From the NCBI RefSeq assembly GCF_006345805.1, contig NC_042998.1:170252001-170316000 (forward strand): a stretch of 64,000 bases of DNA, given 5' to 3'. Shown here one piece after another: positions 50,640-64,000 of this stretch. Both the position numbers and the translations under genes were made by a program. The notes beneath the pieces were generated by a model that saw nothing but the letters and a program-made list of their open reading frames with translations, did not search any database and was not told where the DNA came from. This DNA is from Octopus sinensis. Its lineage: Eukaryota. Each line of letters opens with the position of its first letter. Position 1 is the first letter of the stretch.

Positions 50640-51885
50640 AATGTATGGTTACTCACCAATAATGAATGATATTGATTTAAGATGGTGATGATGAAAATAT
50701 GAACGTAATGACTGCACAGCAAAGAAGATTTAAAGCTCTTCTGGTGACGTCTCTTCATGTGTTTTAGGGGATGACGTATCTTCATGCAAGGCTTTTTTTG
50801 GTGGGCTTGAGGAACATTGTGATAGGAAGTTGCTGTCGTAGTTTCTGCATGGTGGTGAGGAGAGTTTTATATGTCTGCATGGCAGTATCGATGACATTTT
50901 TAAATTGGAGAGACCGAACCATGTAGGGATCCTATGTTTCTGCTTTCCTTTGCAACTCATTTGCTATTCTTAAAAGGTCGGACAGACGTTCGAATGCCAA
51001 GACCACCTCATCCTCCTCTTCCTCTGGATTTATCCTTCCTCTTTCTCTTCGCTGGTAGGCGTCGTTAACTTCAACAAATCTTTGTCAGGGTTTCAGAGTA
51101 GGCATCGATGAGATTTTTTAACTCATTTTCCGTCATGTCATCAAAACCTTTGCCACCAAGTACCTTTGCCAGTTTCACTGCATTGTTGACAGCCTCGTGC
51201 TGAATATCTTCAGGTGAGAAGCCCTCGTAGTCCTGGTCACACTCTGGCCACACCTTCTTCCAGCATGCAATGAGGGTTTCTTTTTTTCATGTCTTTAAGA
51301 GCAGCATGGATGACTGACAGGCACGTTGCGATCGTGAAGTTATGTCAGTACTCCTTTAACTTGAAATTCTCGTCTGAATCCATTGCGTCCACAAGGTGTT
51401 AGAGAGAGTTCCGAGTGTAAAGTGCCTTGAAGGCACGGATCACGCCTTGATCCATAAGTAGGATGAGGGAGGTGGTGTTGGCAGGGAGGAACTTGACTTG
51501 GACTCCCTCCTGATTCAAATCCAAAGAGTGACCACCAGCATTATCCATAATAAGCAACACCTTGAATTCCATGCAAACATTTTCAAGGTATTCCTTGGCT
51601 TGAGGAATGAAGCATTGGTGGAACTAATCCAAAGTCAGACTTTTGGTAATCCAGGCCTTAGTGTTGTACATCCAGTGGACAGGTAACAAGTTTTTATTCT
51701 TATTTTTGAAGGCCCTCAGTTTCGCGGACTTGTAGATAAGTCCTGGTTTCATCATGAAGCCAGCGGCATTGCCATATAATTCGCATCACTCTGTCCTTTT
51801 GTCCCTTAAATCCTGGGACTCTGGCTTCGTCCTTCATGAAGTACGTTCTGGAAGGCATTTTCTTCCAGAACAAGCCAGTCTCATC
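50640..51885 (-). pseudogene. pogo/Tigger transposase, degenerate
   Basis: DETGLFWKKMPSRTY, KAWIT, LLIMDNAGGH, FLPANTTSLILLMDQGVIRAFK, WKKVWP. Confidence 0.9.
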
Positions 51886-52828
51886 CATATATATATAGGA
51901 TTATGACAGACCGTTCTAGTATCTAAGAAAGTGGAACGTTACATCCGGCTATATCAAAGCCAAAAGGGTAGGTCATGGAGTGGTAAACGAGAATATCTGA
52001 TGGAAGAGTGGTGATAATAGAAAGAAAGGAGGGGATACGGATGTGCAATAAAGCTTATTTTTATTGTTATCTTAAAGGATTATGGGTGGGATATAAATTA
52101 AAGGAGTGAGTTTTAATCTTAGTTTACATATACCATTAGAGCAAAATGTAAATATATAGATAAATACAAAGGCATGGAAATATGAAACATAAAATATTTA
52201 ATATATATAAAAGAAATGTGAAAAAAATTATAATTTTATAATTTTACGTTCTCAGTATATATGAAAAATTTTTTTAAACTGCCAAAGTATTAATAAAATA
52301 TACAAAATTTGGAAAAAATATATGAATCTTAAAATATACAAAATCTTAAGATATAAGGAATAAGCTATAAGATATATAAAATATATGAGGAAATATAAGA
52401 AAATATCTGAGAGAAGAATTATAATAAAAACTATAAGAAAAAATTATAAGAAAAAATTTATACTAAGAAAGTTCTTTTTTAAAAAAATTATATAAAAGTA
52501 AGCCAATAAAAGATGCTATACTAAGATATATAAAAAGGAAATAAGGTAATATAAAATGAAAATAAAGAAAATGTTATAATGGAATTGTTATACAAATAGT
52601 TATAATCAGAATATTAATTAATCGGGGCTGACCAAAGCCTTGTGAGTGGATTTGGTAGACGGAAACTGAAAGAAACCCATCGTATATATGTATATATATG
52701 TGTGTGTGTGTCGGTGTTTGTCCCACCACCACCACCACCACCACCACTTGACAATGTGTTTGAATCCCTATAACCTAGCGGTTCTGTAAAAGAGACCAAT
52801 AGTATAAGTCAAGGCTTAGAAAAAATTA

Positions 52829-53651
52829 GGATCTTTTCCTTTTGAACGGCATATGTCAACACAATTTCTAGTTAACTAAACACTTTTAAACTTCGTATAC
52901 TGGTAGAATGTGTTTATAAAACATAATTTTTTCTTGGCTTTATTGAGAAAATTCTATAGTTTGTAACATATTTCCACTTTAAAATCGAGCATTTCGGCAA
53001 TTTTAACCAATCGCTCACCTCCATTTGGAGTGAAAACATTCCGTGCTGTATGCATATGTCCCTCAGAAACAGATTGGCTTTATTTACATTGGCGAAGAAA
53101 AAAAGATACCCTTCCCCCGCCTCTAACCCTAACCCTAACTCTAACTAACCCTAAATCTAAAACAGATTGAAATGCAATAGATCGATACAAGGGTTATAAT
53201 TATGGGTGACATTTTCATTTGACACCGCTACGGAAAATGGGATTTTTTTCTAGCAGTGTCAAATGAAAATGTCACCCATAATTATAACCCTTGTATCGAT
53301 CTATTGCATTTCAATCTGTTTTAGGGTTAGGATTTGTTAGAGTTAGGGTTAGGGTTAGAGGTGGGGAAAGGGTATCTTTTTTTTTTTCGCAAATGTAAAT
53401 AAAGCCAATCTGTTTCTGAGGGACATATTCATACAGCACGGAATGTTTTAACTCCAAATGGAGGTGAGTGATTGGTTAAAATTGCCGAAATGCTCGATTT
53501 TAAAGTGGAAATATGTTACAAACTATAGAATTTTCTCAATAAAGCCAAGAAAAAATGATGCTTTATAAACATTTTCTACCAGTATACGAAGTTTAAGTGT
53601 TTAGTTAACTAGAAGTTGTGTTGAAAACTGCCGTTCAAAAGGAAAAGATCC
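52829..53651. mobile_element. Fold-back DNA transposon (GG termini, 8-bp TSD, Merlin-like), inside a family-1 SINE
   Basis: ~400-bp arms GGATCTTTTC...GAAAAGATCC; TSD AAAAATTA on both sides; internal CCCTAA/TTAGGG tracts. Confidence 0.85.
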
Positions 53652-54024
53652 AAAAATTAAATACTGAGATTGAATCATTTGACTAAAAATTCTTCAAGGC
53701 AGTGCCCCAGTATGACCGCAGCCTAATGAGTGAAACAAGTAAAAGATAAAAGATAAAGTTACCATTATTTCAAGTCGCCAAACAAATTTGTGAATTGTTT
53801 TCCATATATATCAAAGACGTATTTTATTGGAACTACGGATATTGAATAAAGGTGCGGGTGAGACAGTGTGTTAAGAAGTTTGCTTCCCACCTAGAAGGTT
53901 CCACGTTCAGTCCCACAGTGTGACACCTCAGGCCGACCAAAGCCTTGCGAGTGGATTTGGTAGAAGGAAACAGAAAGAAGCCCATCATGTATGAGTGCGT
54001 GTCTGTGTGTGTATCCTACCACTG

Positions 54025-55535
54025 TTTGACAACCGGTGTTGGTTTGTTAATGTCCCCGTAACTTAGCAGTTCGATAAAAAGAGATATCGATAGAATAAGT
54101 ATCAGGCTTCAAAAAAATAATAATAATAATAAACGAGGTTAATGTCTATTTTTGCACCAGGCCACCAAAAAAAATAAATAAATAACAATAACAAGTGTAA
54201 TAGGTGTAAAAAAAAATGTTTATTAAACGAATATGAAAACCAAAATTTGCGCCAACGAACCGGTTGGTGAGAAGAGGACTTTTGGAAAATTCACAAGATC
54301 CGATTTTTTCCCTCATAACTTTTAAGAAAATGAATATCTTTTAATGAAATCTTTATATATAAAAGTCAAGTTGTGTGTCTGTCTCCTACGATTTAGATTC
54401 CTAACTACTCCCACATTTTGCGGTGCAGTTTAACCAAAACCGGGTATCTTATAGTCGTGATTCATATCGAGCCCTTTTGGGTATTAGCGCGCGTCTATGA
54501 TGAGTCTACGATTTAAAAAAAAGTTTACCATCATTTTTTCCATTTTAATGCATTTTTCGCTATTATATAAGGGAAGTAACTCTCTAAAAATGTCTACGAT
54601 GAGTCAACGATTTAAAAAAAAATTGACCATAATTTTTTTTCCATTTTTAATGCATTTTTTTGCTATTTTTTGGCTATAACTCTCTAAAAATGCTTATATA
54701 GTTATTTCCCTTACAAACCCGAGCAACGCCGGGCGATACTGCTAGTTTTAAATAAATACATTTCAAACGGCATAGATTACAATTATGAAGAAATCCATTT
54801 GGGATCTTTTCCTTTTGAACGGCAGTTTTCAACACAATTTCTAGTTAACTAAACACTTTTAAACTTCGTATACTGATAGAATGTGTTTATAAAACATCAT
54901 TTTTTCTTGGCTTTATTGAGAAAATTCTATAGTTTCCTCTTTAAAATCGAGCATTTCGGCAATTTTAACCAATCGCTCACCTCCATTTGGGGTGAAAACA
55001 TTCCGTGCTGTATGAATATTCCCTCCTTTAAGAAACAGATTGGGTTTATTTACATTTGCGAAGAAAAAAAGATACCCTTCCCCCGCCTCTAACCCTAACC
55101 CTAACCTTAAAACAGGTTGAAATGCAATAGATCGATAGTAGGGTTATAATTATGGGTGACATTTTCATTTGACACCGCTAGAAAAAATATCCCATTTTCC
55201 GTAGCGGTGTCGTATGAAATGTCACCCATAATTATAACCCTTGTATCGATCTATTGCATTTCAATCTGTTTTAGGGTTTGGGTTAGGGTTAGGGGTGGGG
55301 TTAGGGTAAGGTGTGGGGGAAGGGTATCCAAATGAATTTCTTTATAATTGTAATCTATGCCGTTTGAAAGGTATTTATATAAAATTTCATTAAAAGATAT
55401 CTATTTTCTTAAAAGTTATGAGGGAAAAAATCGGATCTTGTGAATTTAACGAAAGTCCTCTTCTCACCAATCGGTTCGTTGGCGCAAATTTTCATATTCG
55501 TTTAATACACATTTTTTTTTTTACACCTATTACAC

Positions 55536-55597
<62 letters not shown>

Positions 55598-55737
55598 TTG
55601 TGGCCTGGTGCAAAAGTAGACATTAACTTCGTTTATTATTTTTTTGTCTTTTGAGCCTGATACTTATTCTATCGATATCTCTTTTTATCGAACTGCTAAG
55701 TTACGGGGACATTAACAAACCAACACCGGTTGTCAAA
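54025..55737. repeat. Diverged inverted duplication around a truncated fold-back copy (54802-55329)
   Basis: Arms 54025-54805 (with Helitron) and 55326-55737 (without). Confidence 0.85.
54350..54745 (+). mobile_element. Non-autonomous Helitron, family H1
   Basis: A|TC...CCCGAGCAACGCCGGGCGATACTGCTAG|T; empty site present in the mirrored arm. Confidence 0.95.
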
Positions 55738-56937
55738 GATCCGGAATTTGCGGGGAATTTTTTTCTGGATGGGGGGGGGGAGGACTTTCGAAGAGAAAGA
55801 AATTCATGAATTATTTTTTTGCTTGAGTATAATGGAAAAAAAGTTTTAAAAAATAATTTTAGATTCATTTATTTTTTGTTTGAGAAATAGAAAAAAAGTT
55901 TTGAAAAAGATTCCAACGGTGGAGATGTGCTAAAAACAACAGCCCCCCCCCTATTAGTGAAACTATATTCAACATCGAATTTATGAATTTGTTTCTCTCA
56001 CCATGATACATAGGATCTTTTTTTTAAAACCTTTTACTATTATACAAAATGAACCTAAAAATTTTACCCCCCCAGTAATAATTTTCCCCACAAGTTTCTT
56101 TATAATCGTAATCTATGCTGTTTGAAATGTATTTTTATAAAATTTCACTAAAATATACCCTTTTTCCTAAAAGTTATGTGAATTTTCCGAAAGGCCAGCG
56201 CAAATTTTTGTTTTCATATTTGTTTAACACCTATTATTACACTTTTATTTTCCTTTTTTTTCGTGTAAGAAAAAAACATAATTAGTACTTTCAGTTTAGT
56301 CTTTCCGAATCTATTTTTATAACTTCTTAGGGAATATTTCCTGTTTTTTGTTATTATCGTTGTTGTTTAGGGATTGGTTTGTTTTTCTGGTAATCTTTCC
56401 TATTAAGACTGTTCATGATGTAATAAATTTTCAGTGTTCTTAGAAGTGTGACAGGATGATTATTTCATTTGTAGGCATTTCCAAATTACTTTAGCAACAT
56501 CATCATTAAAATGAAATCAAAACTGTTGATATTAAAAAGTTAAATCTTTTAATAAATACAAATATAAATAGAATACTAAGGAGTTACTAAGTAGATTGTT
56601 TAATAAGTGACTACTAAGAATTTACATATTCGTTTCGCTAATTCAGAATACCCAAGTCTAGTTTTGTATTTCCCCCAATTTGTTTCGGTTTCATAAATTG
56701 TCTTCAGAGATATGTACTTATATCACCTTCGTATGGTTCTCTGCGTTTATTTCCCCTTCTGACAGAATTTTGCTTTCAGAAAGCTTTTGCGGCGTAACTT
56801 CGGTATATGTACCGGAAATACCGGATACATTCCAAGAAAGTGTTTATTTATATATGGGGGGGTTAGGGTTAGGGTTGGGAGAAAGGGGTTTCTGTTATCT
56901 TCAGAAATGTAAACAAAGTCACGTGTGTACCTATACC

Positions 56938-57170
56938 TGTTTCTTTATTACCCACAAGGGGCTAAACATAGAGGGGACAAACAAGGACAGACAAACGGAT
57001 TAAGTCGATTATATCGACACCAGTGCGTAACTGGTAATTAATTTATCGACCCCGAAAGGATGAAAGGCAAAGTCGACCTCGGCGGAATTTGAACTCAGAA
57101 CGTTACGGCAGATGAAATGCCGCTAAGCATTTCGCCCGGCGTGCTAACGTTTCTGCCAGCTCGCCGCCCT
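56938..57170 (-). mobile_element. tRNA-derived SINE, family 2 (well preserved)
   Basis: ggcggcgagctggcagaaacgttagc...gttctgagttcaaattccgccgagg...gtaataaagaaaca. Confidence 0.9.
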
Positions 57171-57489
57171 GTGTGTACCTATACCGAAGGTTCGCCGGAT
57201 TTTAAGGCCATGAATTTTAGCTTGCGTGATAATTTATTTACCAGTCACAGGAAGGCAAAGTTGAATTCAGTGGAATTTGAAACTCGGTTGCGTAACACTA
57301 GAGTGGAGAGAAAACACCGTTTAAATTGAGGGACAACTGCGGATATGTCAACACAAATATATCTATTCAAGCCCTTTAACGTATTGAGTTCCTAATCCCA
57401 TAAATGTTGCATTACACCAAATATATTTTAATAAAATTTACAACTTTTACTTTGTGTGTGTGTGTGTAAAACAAAAAACTTTTTTTACT

Positions 57490-57865
57490 CTTTTACTTGT
57501 TTCAGTCATTTGATTGCGGCCATGCTGGAGTACCGCCTATAGTCGAGCAAATCGATCCCAGGACTTATTCTTTGTAAGCCTAGCATTTATTCTATCGGAC
57601 TCTTTTGCCGAACTGCTATGTTACGGGGACGTAAACACACCAGCATCGGTTGGGTGGGGGACAAACACAGACACACAAACATATACGCACACATACATAT
57701 CTATATACGGCAGGCTTCTTTCAGCTTCCGTCTACCAAATCCACTCACAAGGCTTTGGTAGGCCCGAGGCTATAGTAGAAGACACTTGCACAAGGTGCCA
57801 CGCAGTGGGACTGAACCCGGAACCATGTGGTTGGTAAGCAAGCTACTTACCACACAGCCACTCCT
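57490..57865 (-). mobile_element. tRNA-derived SINE, family 1
   Basis: Match to family; part of the 21651/57311 duplicate. Confidence 0.9.
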
Positions 57866-58210
57866 ACTAACAATGGAATTTTATTTTACTCATACAATCG
57901 CCAGGTGGGCGTCGGAAAAGAAGCTATTTTCCACACAGCCATTCCAACTAATAATAACATTTTATTTTAGTCATACAATCACCAGGTGGGCGTCGGAAAA
58001 GAAGTAGTACGTTGGCGTTTTACATTATTTAGAGTTGAATCAGTTCTCAACAATTTAGTAGGAAACGTTTCTGGCCAACCTTATGATTAAGTTTTAACAT
58101 TTTATATTTTACTTGTTTGGGTTATTAGACTGCGGCCATGCTGGGGCACTGGCTTGGATTTTTTTTATTCGAATGAATCGACCCCAGTACTTCTTTTTAA
58201 AACCTGGAAC

Positions 58211-58621
58211 GGATCTTTTCGGTTTGAACGGCAGTCTTTTTCTAGCGGTGTCATATGAAATTGTCACCCATAATTATGACCCTAGTATCGATCTATTGCA
58301 TTTCAATCTGTTTTAGGGTTAGTGGTGAGGGGAAGGGTATCTTTTTTTCTTCACAAATGTAAATAAACTCACTCTGTTTCTTAAACGAGGGACATATTCA
58401 TACGGCACAGAATGTTCTTTACCTCAATGGACGTCATTGATTGGTTGATATTGCAGAAATTGAAGAAAAAAACTACAAATATCTTACAAACTATAGAATT
58501 TTCTCAATAAAGCCAAGAGAAAAAGATGTTTTATAAACACATTCTACCAGTATACGAAGTTTAAAATTTTTTAATTACCAAAAAATTATGTTAAAAACTG
58601 CCGTTCAAACCGAAAAGATCC
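58211..58621. mobile_element. Deleted copy of the GGATCTTTTC fold-back family inside a SINE
   Basis: TIRs GGATCTTTTCGGTTTGAACGGCAG / CTGCCGTTCAAACCGAAAAGATCC; flanked by a 21-bp direct repeat. Confidence 0.85.
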
Positions 58622-59014
58622 CTTCTTTTTAAAACTTGGAACTTATTATATCAGTCTCTATTACTATATTACCAAACCGCTACATTGCGGGGATGCAAAC
58701 AAACCAACACCGATTGTCAAGCAGTGGTAGGGACAATCACAAGCTGAAAGATACTCACACACACAGGATGGGCTTTTTCAGTTTCCATCTACAACTGTGG
58801 AATTTCTTACAAGTCATCACTAATTTCCTTTTATGTCACAAACCACATCCTTTTTCCATTTTAAGAAAGAGAATAGCATGCTTTATATGTTAACAAATCT
58901 TAATTATGCTTTTACATCATATCTACTTCACAACTCAAGTGGATCCCCTCCCTAAAGTTTAAGGGAATCAGTTTATTCCAGTAACATCTAGTAATATTGA
59001 AAATTATATACATA

Positions 59015-59400
59015 CTCTTTTTATTCTTTCACTGGTTTCAGTCAGTTGACTGGCCATGCTGGAGCACCGCCTTAAAGGGTTTTAGTTGAGTAAATCTACA
59101 CCAGGACTTTTTCTTTGTAAGCCTAGTACTTATTCTATCGGTGCCTTTTGCCGAACTGCTATGTTACAGGGATATAAACACACCAACATCGGTTGTCAAG
59201 CGACGGCGGGGAGACAAACACAGACACACAAGCATATACGTACATGCTTCCTTCAGCTTCCATCTACCAAATCTACTCAAAAGGGTTTGGTCAAGCTGGG
59301 GCTACAGTAGAAGGCACTTGCCCAAGTTGCCATGCAGTGGGACTGAACCAAGAACCATGTTGCTGGGAAGCAAGCTTCTTACCACTTAGCCATGCCAGCA
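59015..59400 (-). mobile_element. tRNA-derived SINE, family 1
   Basis: Match to family. Confidence 0.85.
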
Positions 59401-59423
59401 CCTATAAACATATATTATATATA

Positions 59424-59462
<39 letters not shown>

Positions 59463-59489
59463 ATATATATATATGTATATGTATAATGT

Positions 59490-59777
59490 GTCTGTTGCCA
59501 GCGCCACCCCGACTGGCCCCGTGCCGGTGGCACGTAAAAAGCACCATCCGATTGTGGCCGATTGCCAGCCTCGTCTGGCACCTGTGCCGGTGGCACTTAA
59601 AAAGCACCCAATACACTCACGGAGTGGTTGGCGTTAGGAAGAGCATCCAGCCGTAGAAACATTGCCAGATCAGACTGGGCCTGGTGCAGCCTTCTGGCTT
59701 CCCAGACCCCAGTTGAACCGTCCAACCCATGCTAGCATGGAAAGCGGACGCTAAACGAAGATGATGATGATGATGAT
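59490..59777 (+). mobile_element. 5'-truncated RTE 3'UTR
   Basis: Homologous to 4000-4297; (GAT)n tail. Confidence 0.85.
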
Positions 59778-59987
59778 ATATATATGTATATATGTATATA
59801 TATATATGTATATATATGTATATATATATATATGTATGTATATATATATATATGTATATATATTATAATTATGTTTATAATTATAAAATATTTGTATAAT
59901 TTTACCTATAAAAGTTATTTTAACATACCGATCTATTGGTGAAATTATTAATTAATTAATAAATTTTACCCTGTATATTATTAATTT

Positions 59988-60032
<45 letters not shown>

Positions 60033-60033
<1 letters not shown>

Positions 60034-61413
60034 CCATCCGAAGACGGCCAAGACTAGTCAGGCCATATCCCATGGCCCCTACCTGGGACGTAGTCAGTCC
60101 ACCTGTGCATACCTTCCTCCTTGTGATACTTGTGAAGGCCTGTTGAGGCAAGTGAAAATCAAAATGAAATCAAAACAAATCAAAACAAATCAAATCAAAT
60201 CAAATCAAAACAAATCAAAATAGATGAACATTAATGGATGGTATCTTGTGGTACCAGTGCCGTGTGGCACACAAGAAAACCATCCGAACGTGGCCGTAGC
60301 CAGTACCGCACCGACTGGCCTCCGTGCTGTGGGCACGTAACAAACACCATCCGATCGTGGCCGTTCGCCAGCCTCATCTGGCACCTGTGTCGGTGGCACA
60401 TAAAAACACCATCCGAAGACCCGGCAAGACTAGTCAGGCCATAACCTGTGGCCCTTACCTGGGACGTAGTCAGTCCACCTGTGCATACCTTCCTCCTTGT
60501 GATACTTGTGAAGGCCTGTTGAGGCAAGTGAAAATCAAAATGAAATCAAAACAAATCAAAACAAATCAAATCAAATCAAATCAAAACAAATCAAAATAGA
60601 TGAACATTAATGGAATTGTATCTTGTGGTACCAGTGCCGGTGGCACACAAGAAAACCATCCGAACATGGCCGTAGCCAGTACCGCACCGACTGGCCTCCG
60701 TGCTGTGGGCACGTAACAAACACCATCCGATCGTGGCCGTTCGCCAGCCTCATCTGGCACCTGTGTCGGTGGCACATAAAAACACCATCCGAAGACCCGG
60801 CAAGACTAGTCAGGCCATAACCTGTGGCCCCTACCTGGGACATAGTCAGTCCACCTGTGCATACCTTCCTTCTTGTGACACTTGTGAAGACCTGTTGAGG
60901 CAAGTGAAAACCAAAACAAATCAAAATAGATGAACATCAATGGAATTTGTATCTTTGTGGTACCAGTGCCGGTGGCACGTGGCACACAAGAAAACCATCC
61001 GAACGTGGCCGTAGCCAGTACTGCATCGACTGGCCTCCGTGCTGTGGGCACGTAACAAACACCATCCGATCGTGGCCGTTTGCCAGCCTCATCTGGCACC
61101 TGTGTCGGTGGCACATAAAAACACCATCCGAGCGTGGCCGTCTGCCAGCCTCGTCTGGCACCTGTGTCGGTGGCACATAAAAACACCATCCGAGCGTGGC
61201 CGTTTGCCAGCCTCGTCTGGCACCTGTGTCGGTGGCACATAAAATCACTCACTACACTCTCGGAGTGGTTGGCGTTAGGAAGGGCATCCAGCTGTAGAAA
61301 CACTGCCAGATCTGACTGGACTGGTGCAGCTTTCGGGCTCCCCAGACCCCAGTTGAACCGTCCAACCCATGCTAGCATGGAAAGCGGACGTTAAATGATG
61401 ATGATGATGATGA

Positions 61414-61417
<4 letters not shown>
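60033..61417 (+). mobile_element. RTE 3'UTR with three ~376-bp tandem units
   Basis: Units start at 60035, 60410 and 60786; internal (CAAAT/CAAAA)n; (GAT)n tail. Confidence 0.9.
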
Positions 61418-61446
<29 letters not shown>

Positions 61447-61450
<4 letters not shown>

Positions 61451-62102
61451 ACGGTTTTGATTGTAATGATAAAAATGTGTTATTATAATTGCACGTTGTA
61501 AGATGTGAAAGAACAAAGTGCGTTAAGTTTTAAGAAAGTATTTATTTACCGTTACGTTACATTACCTTGCCTCGACGGGCAGGTTGATAAATCCAAAAGC
61601 ATATGAAAGTTAGATGTGGTAAAATGTTTGAGTTTGGGTTCTCTTCATTGTTTAATAGTAATTGTGGAGACAGATAGAATGATGTTGTAAGAAAACAGAA
61701 TTCGAGCTAGAGAGACTTGTATGGTGTTGTCTGACAGTAAACTTCATTTCTCCCTCTGACCAAGATTGTAGCTGGTCAGCCAGACTAAGTTCTCCCTGAG
61801 TTGTCACCGAGTGGTGACTAACTGATTTTTGCTTGGGATGTGCTTGCTTATATTAAGATCCAGAAGGATAGATATATCATTGAGAACAAGAGATCTAGTT
61901 GGTGGTCTTGTTATCTATTCTAGCTTTTGGTGAAGTAGAAGAGGTTAGAAAGGGTCAAGTGGTGAAGACATTATAGTGGCCTAGCTAAAGGCATCTGGAA
62001 AATGTAAAAACTGCTGTCAGAGAAAAACCATTATTCCATCATGGGAAAAGTTCTGTAGCAGTGTTAGTTTAAATTTTGCTATAGTGGATCGAATCCACTT
62101 CA
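61447..62102 (-). mobile_element. Possible solo LTR
   Basis: TG...CA termini (tgtaacgg...ccacttca); minus-strand TATA-like motif (~61850) and AATAAA (~61545); no TSD match. Confidence 0.4.
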
Positions 62103-62215
62103 TGCATGCATGATTCACTATATACATATATATATATAAGGTGTCATGTCATGCAGTACCATGTGGTTGGGAAGTAAGCTTCTTACCACACAACCATGCC
62201 TCTGTGTGTGTGTGT

Positions 62216-62274
<59 letters not shown>

Positions 62275-62914
62275 AGGGCTGTATCCAGAGTAAAATATTA
62301 GAGAAGGCAAAGACCAACAAAAACCAAACCAAGTTAGCAATTACAAACTGTTCTATGCAATGTCCCAATGATGTGAAGGAGAGGGTATGTCAGAAAGGCA
62401 TATATCTATACTTGCAGGTCTGATTTAGTATGTTATACTATAAATAAATACACCAGTTATCAATCCAAAACCTCTCTTCCTCACTATGAGGAGTGTGATC
62501 TCACAGGCATTCAAAAATAGCTACACCAAGCAATGGCAGGAATTCTCAGGCATGTCATGTCTAATAAAAATAGCCCACAGAGAGTCATGCCTAAAAATAG
62601 CCCACAGCCAGATGGCCAAAATACATAGGGTCAAGGAGTGTGAGAGAACATTCAATAAGTAGTCACTTTACATACTTCAACTACCACTTTGAAAGGTCAT
62701 GCAATATATTAGCCTAAAACTAAATTTACTATCTAAAGTCATTATTATTTATTGTCAACTCCTTGATAAAATCAAAGTAACACAAAAACAAATATTTTAA
62801 CATCCCATGATTTTCAAAACTAGGCTCACTTTTATCATCAGTTAAGGAAAATCAGAGGAGGCAAAGCCTAAATACATAAATAACAAATAATATATATATA
62901 TATATATATATATT

Positions 62915-63140
62915 CTCTTTCTCTTTTACTTGTTTCAGTCATTTGACTGTGGCCATGCTGGAGCACCGCCTTTAATCGAGCAACTCGACCCCGGGACTTA
63001 TTCTTTGTAAGCCCAGTACTTATTCTATCGGTCTCTTTTTTGCCGAACCGCTAAGTGACGGGGACGTAAACACACCAGCATCGGTTGTCAAGCGATGCTA
63101 GGGGGACAAACACAGACACACAAACACACACACATATATA
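62915..63140 (-). mobile_element. tRNA-derived SINE, family 1, interrupted by a Helitron-like element
   Basis: 3' half present up to the internal TA tract. Confidence 0.85.
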
Positions 63141-64000
63141 TCTCTTATTATAAAAGGCAGATTTTATCTGCCTCCCTTTGTATCTTATAGAAATCTACAA
63201 TATAGGATTTCTTCAATTACAATTTACCTAGCATTTTTAAGAGTAGAATGCATCGGGTTGTGCCAGGTCCACTTTTTAAAATTTAAACTCCAATTAAGCA
63301 AAATTTACAGAAAACTCACATTGTGGTGTATGAGTCAAATGCTTCTCTTAGTGTGGGATACAGCACACACAAACGCACACACACAGTGTGCAACGAATAA
63401 AATGAAAGTAATTCACTTTCTGTAGTGAGTGATTCTTTCACTCTGCCTCCCACTTCCTCTTTACACACATAGACACGCAAATATATAAATAAAATTGTAA
63501 GCTAACGTGCGTGTGTGTGAGTGTGTGTGTGTGTGTGTGCGTGTGTGTGTGTGTGTGAGGGTGCGTGTGTGTGTGTGTGTGCGTGAGTGTGTGACAGGAA
63601 AGTTTTTTACGACGAATATAAGACCTATATCCAAGTAGCAGAAAGATCGACCAAAAGTGTATATAGATATTTAAATGTATTTATATATTCATCTATACAC
63701 AGATGTATGTATAATGTGTGTGTATATATTTCCATAGAGGTAACCTTTCACTCCATACAAAGTTTTTTAGGACGAATATAAAATCTAAAGTATATACAAG
63801 TAGCAGAAAGAAATCGCGCCAAAAGTGTATATAGATATTTAAATGTATTTATATATTCATCTATACACAGATGTATGTATAATGTGTGTTGTATATATTT
63901 CTATAGACGTAACCATTCACTCCGCACAAAGTTTTTTAGGACGAAAATAAGATCTAAAGTTATCTCTAAGAAACAGAAAGGTCGCCCTAAAGTGTATATA
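63141..64000 (+). mobile_element. Helitron-like element with ~160-170-bp repeats, runs off the window
   Basis: A|TCTCTTATTATAAAAGGCAGATTTTATCTGCC; reverse-complement homologue of 48743-50139. Confidence 0.6.

Noticed and set aside
52050-52615. Extremely A-rich, C-poor stretch
   Set aside because: Aperiodic and resembles noisy consensus over a TA-rich tract; no structure can be supported.
57881-58004. Two ~45-bp direct repeats about 81 bp apart
   Set aside because: Only two copies; simple local duplication with no associated feature.

Overview
AT-rich, microsatellite-dense eukaryotic genomic DNA. The SINE, RTE and CR1 families resemble those of Octopus; this is inference from family recognition, not a database match. 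No complete host gene, rRNA or CRISPR array can be supported. The window is a mosaic of nested mobile elements: RTE, CR1-like and Tx1/L1-like LINEs; two tRNA-SINE families; maT, mariner, Tigger and hAT relics; several Helitrons (one with a PIF1-type helicase fragment); a fold-back transposon family with internal TTAGGG tracts; a possible solo LTR; and a Penelope-like GIY-YIG fragment. It also holds a 5'-truncated initiator tRNA-Met pseudogene and a 0.95-kb CpG-rich satellite built from GCGCATGCGC. The main unexplained signal is a set of type-I hammerhead-ribozyme folds from four or five unrelated short non-coding element families (12.4, 35.8, 42.3, 43.5, 45.6, 47.2 and 47.6 kb). Most end at (TA)n tracts and several sit in snap-back palindromes; one caps a ~330-nt rod-like hairpin. 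Two large inverted duplications (34.9-36.9 kb and 43.4-47.3 kb) have indel-rich arms and may be assembly artefacts. Element boundaries were read by eye and are approximate unless a terminal motif is cited.
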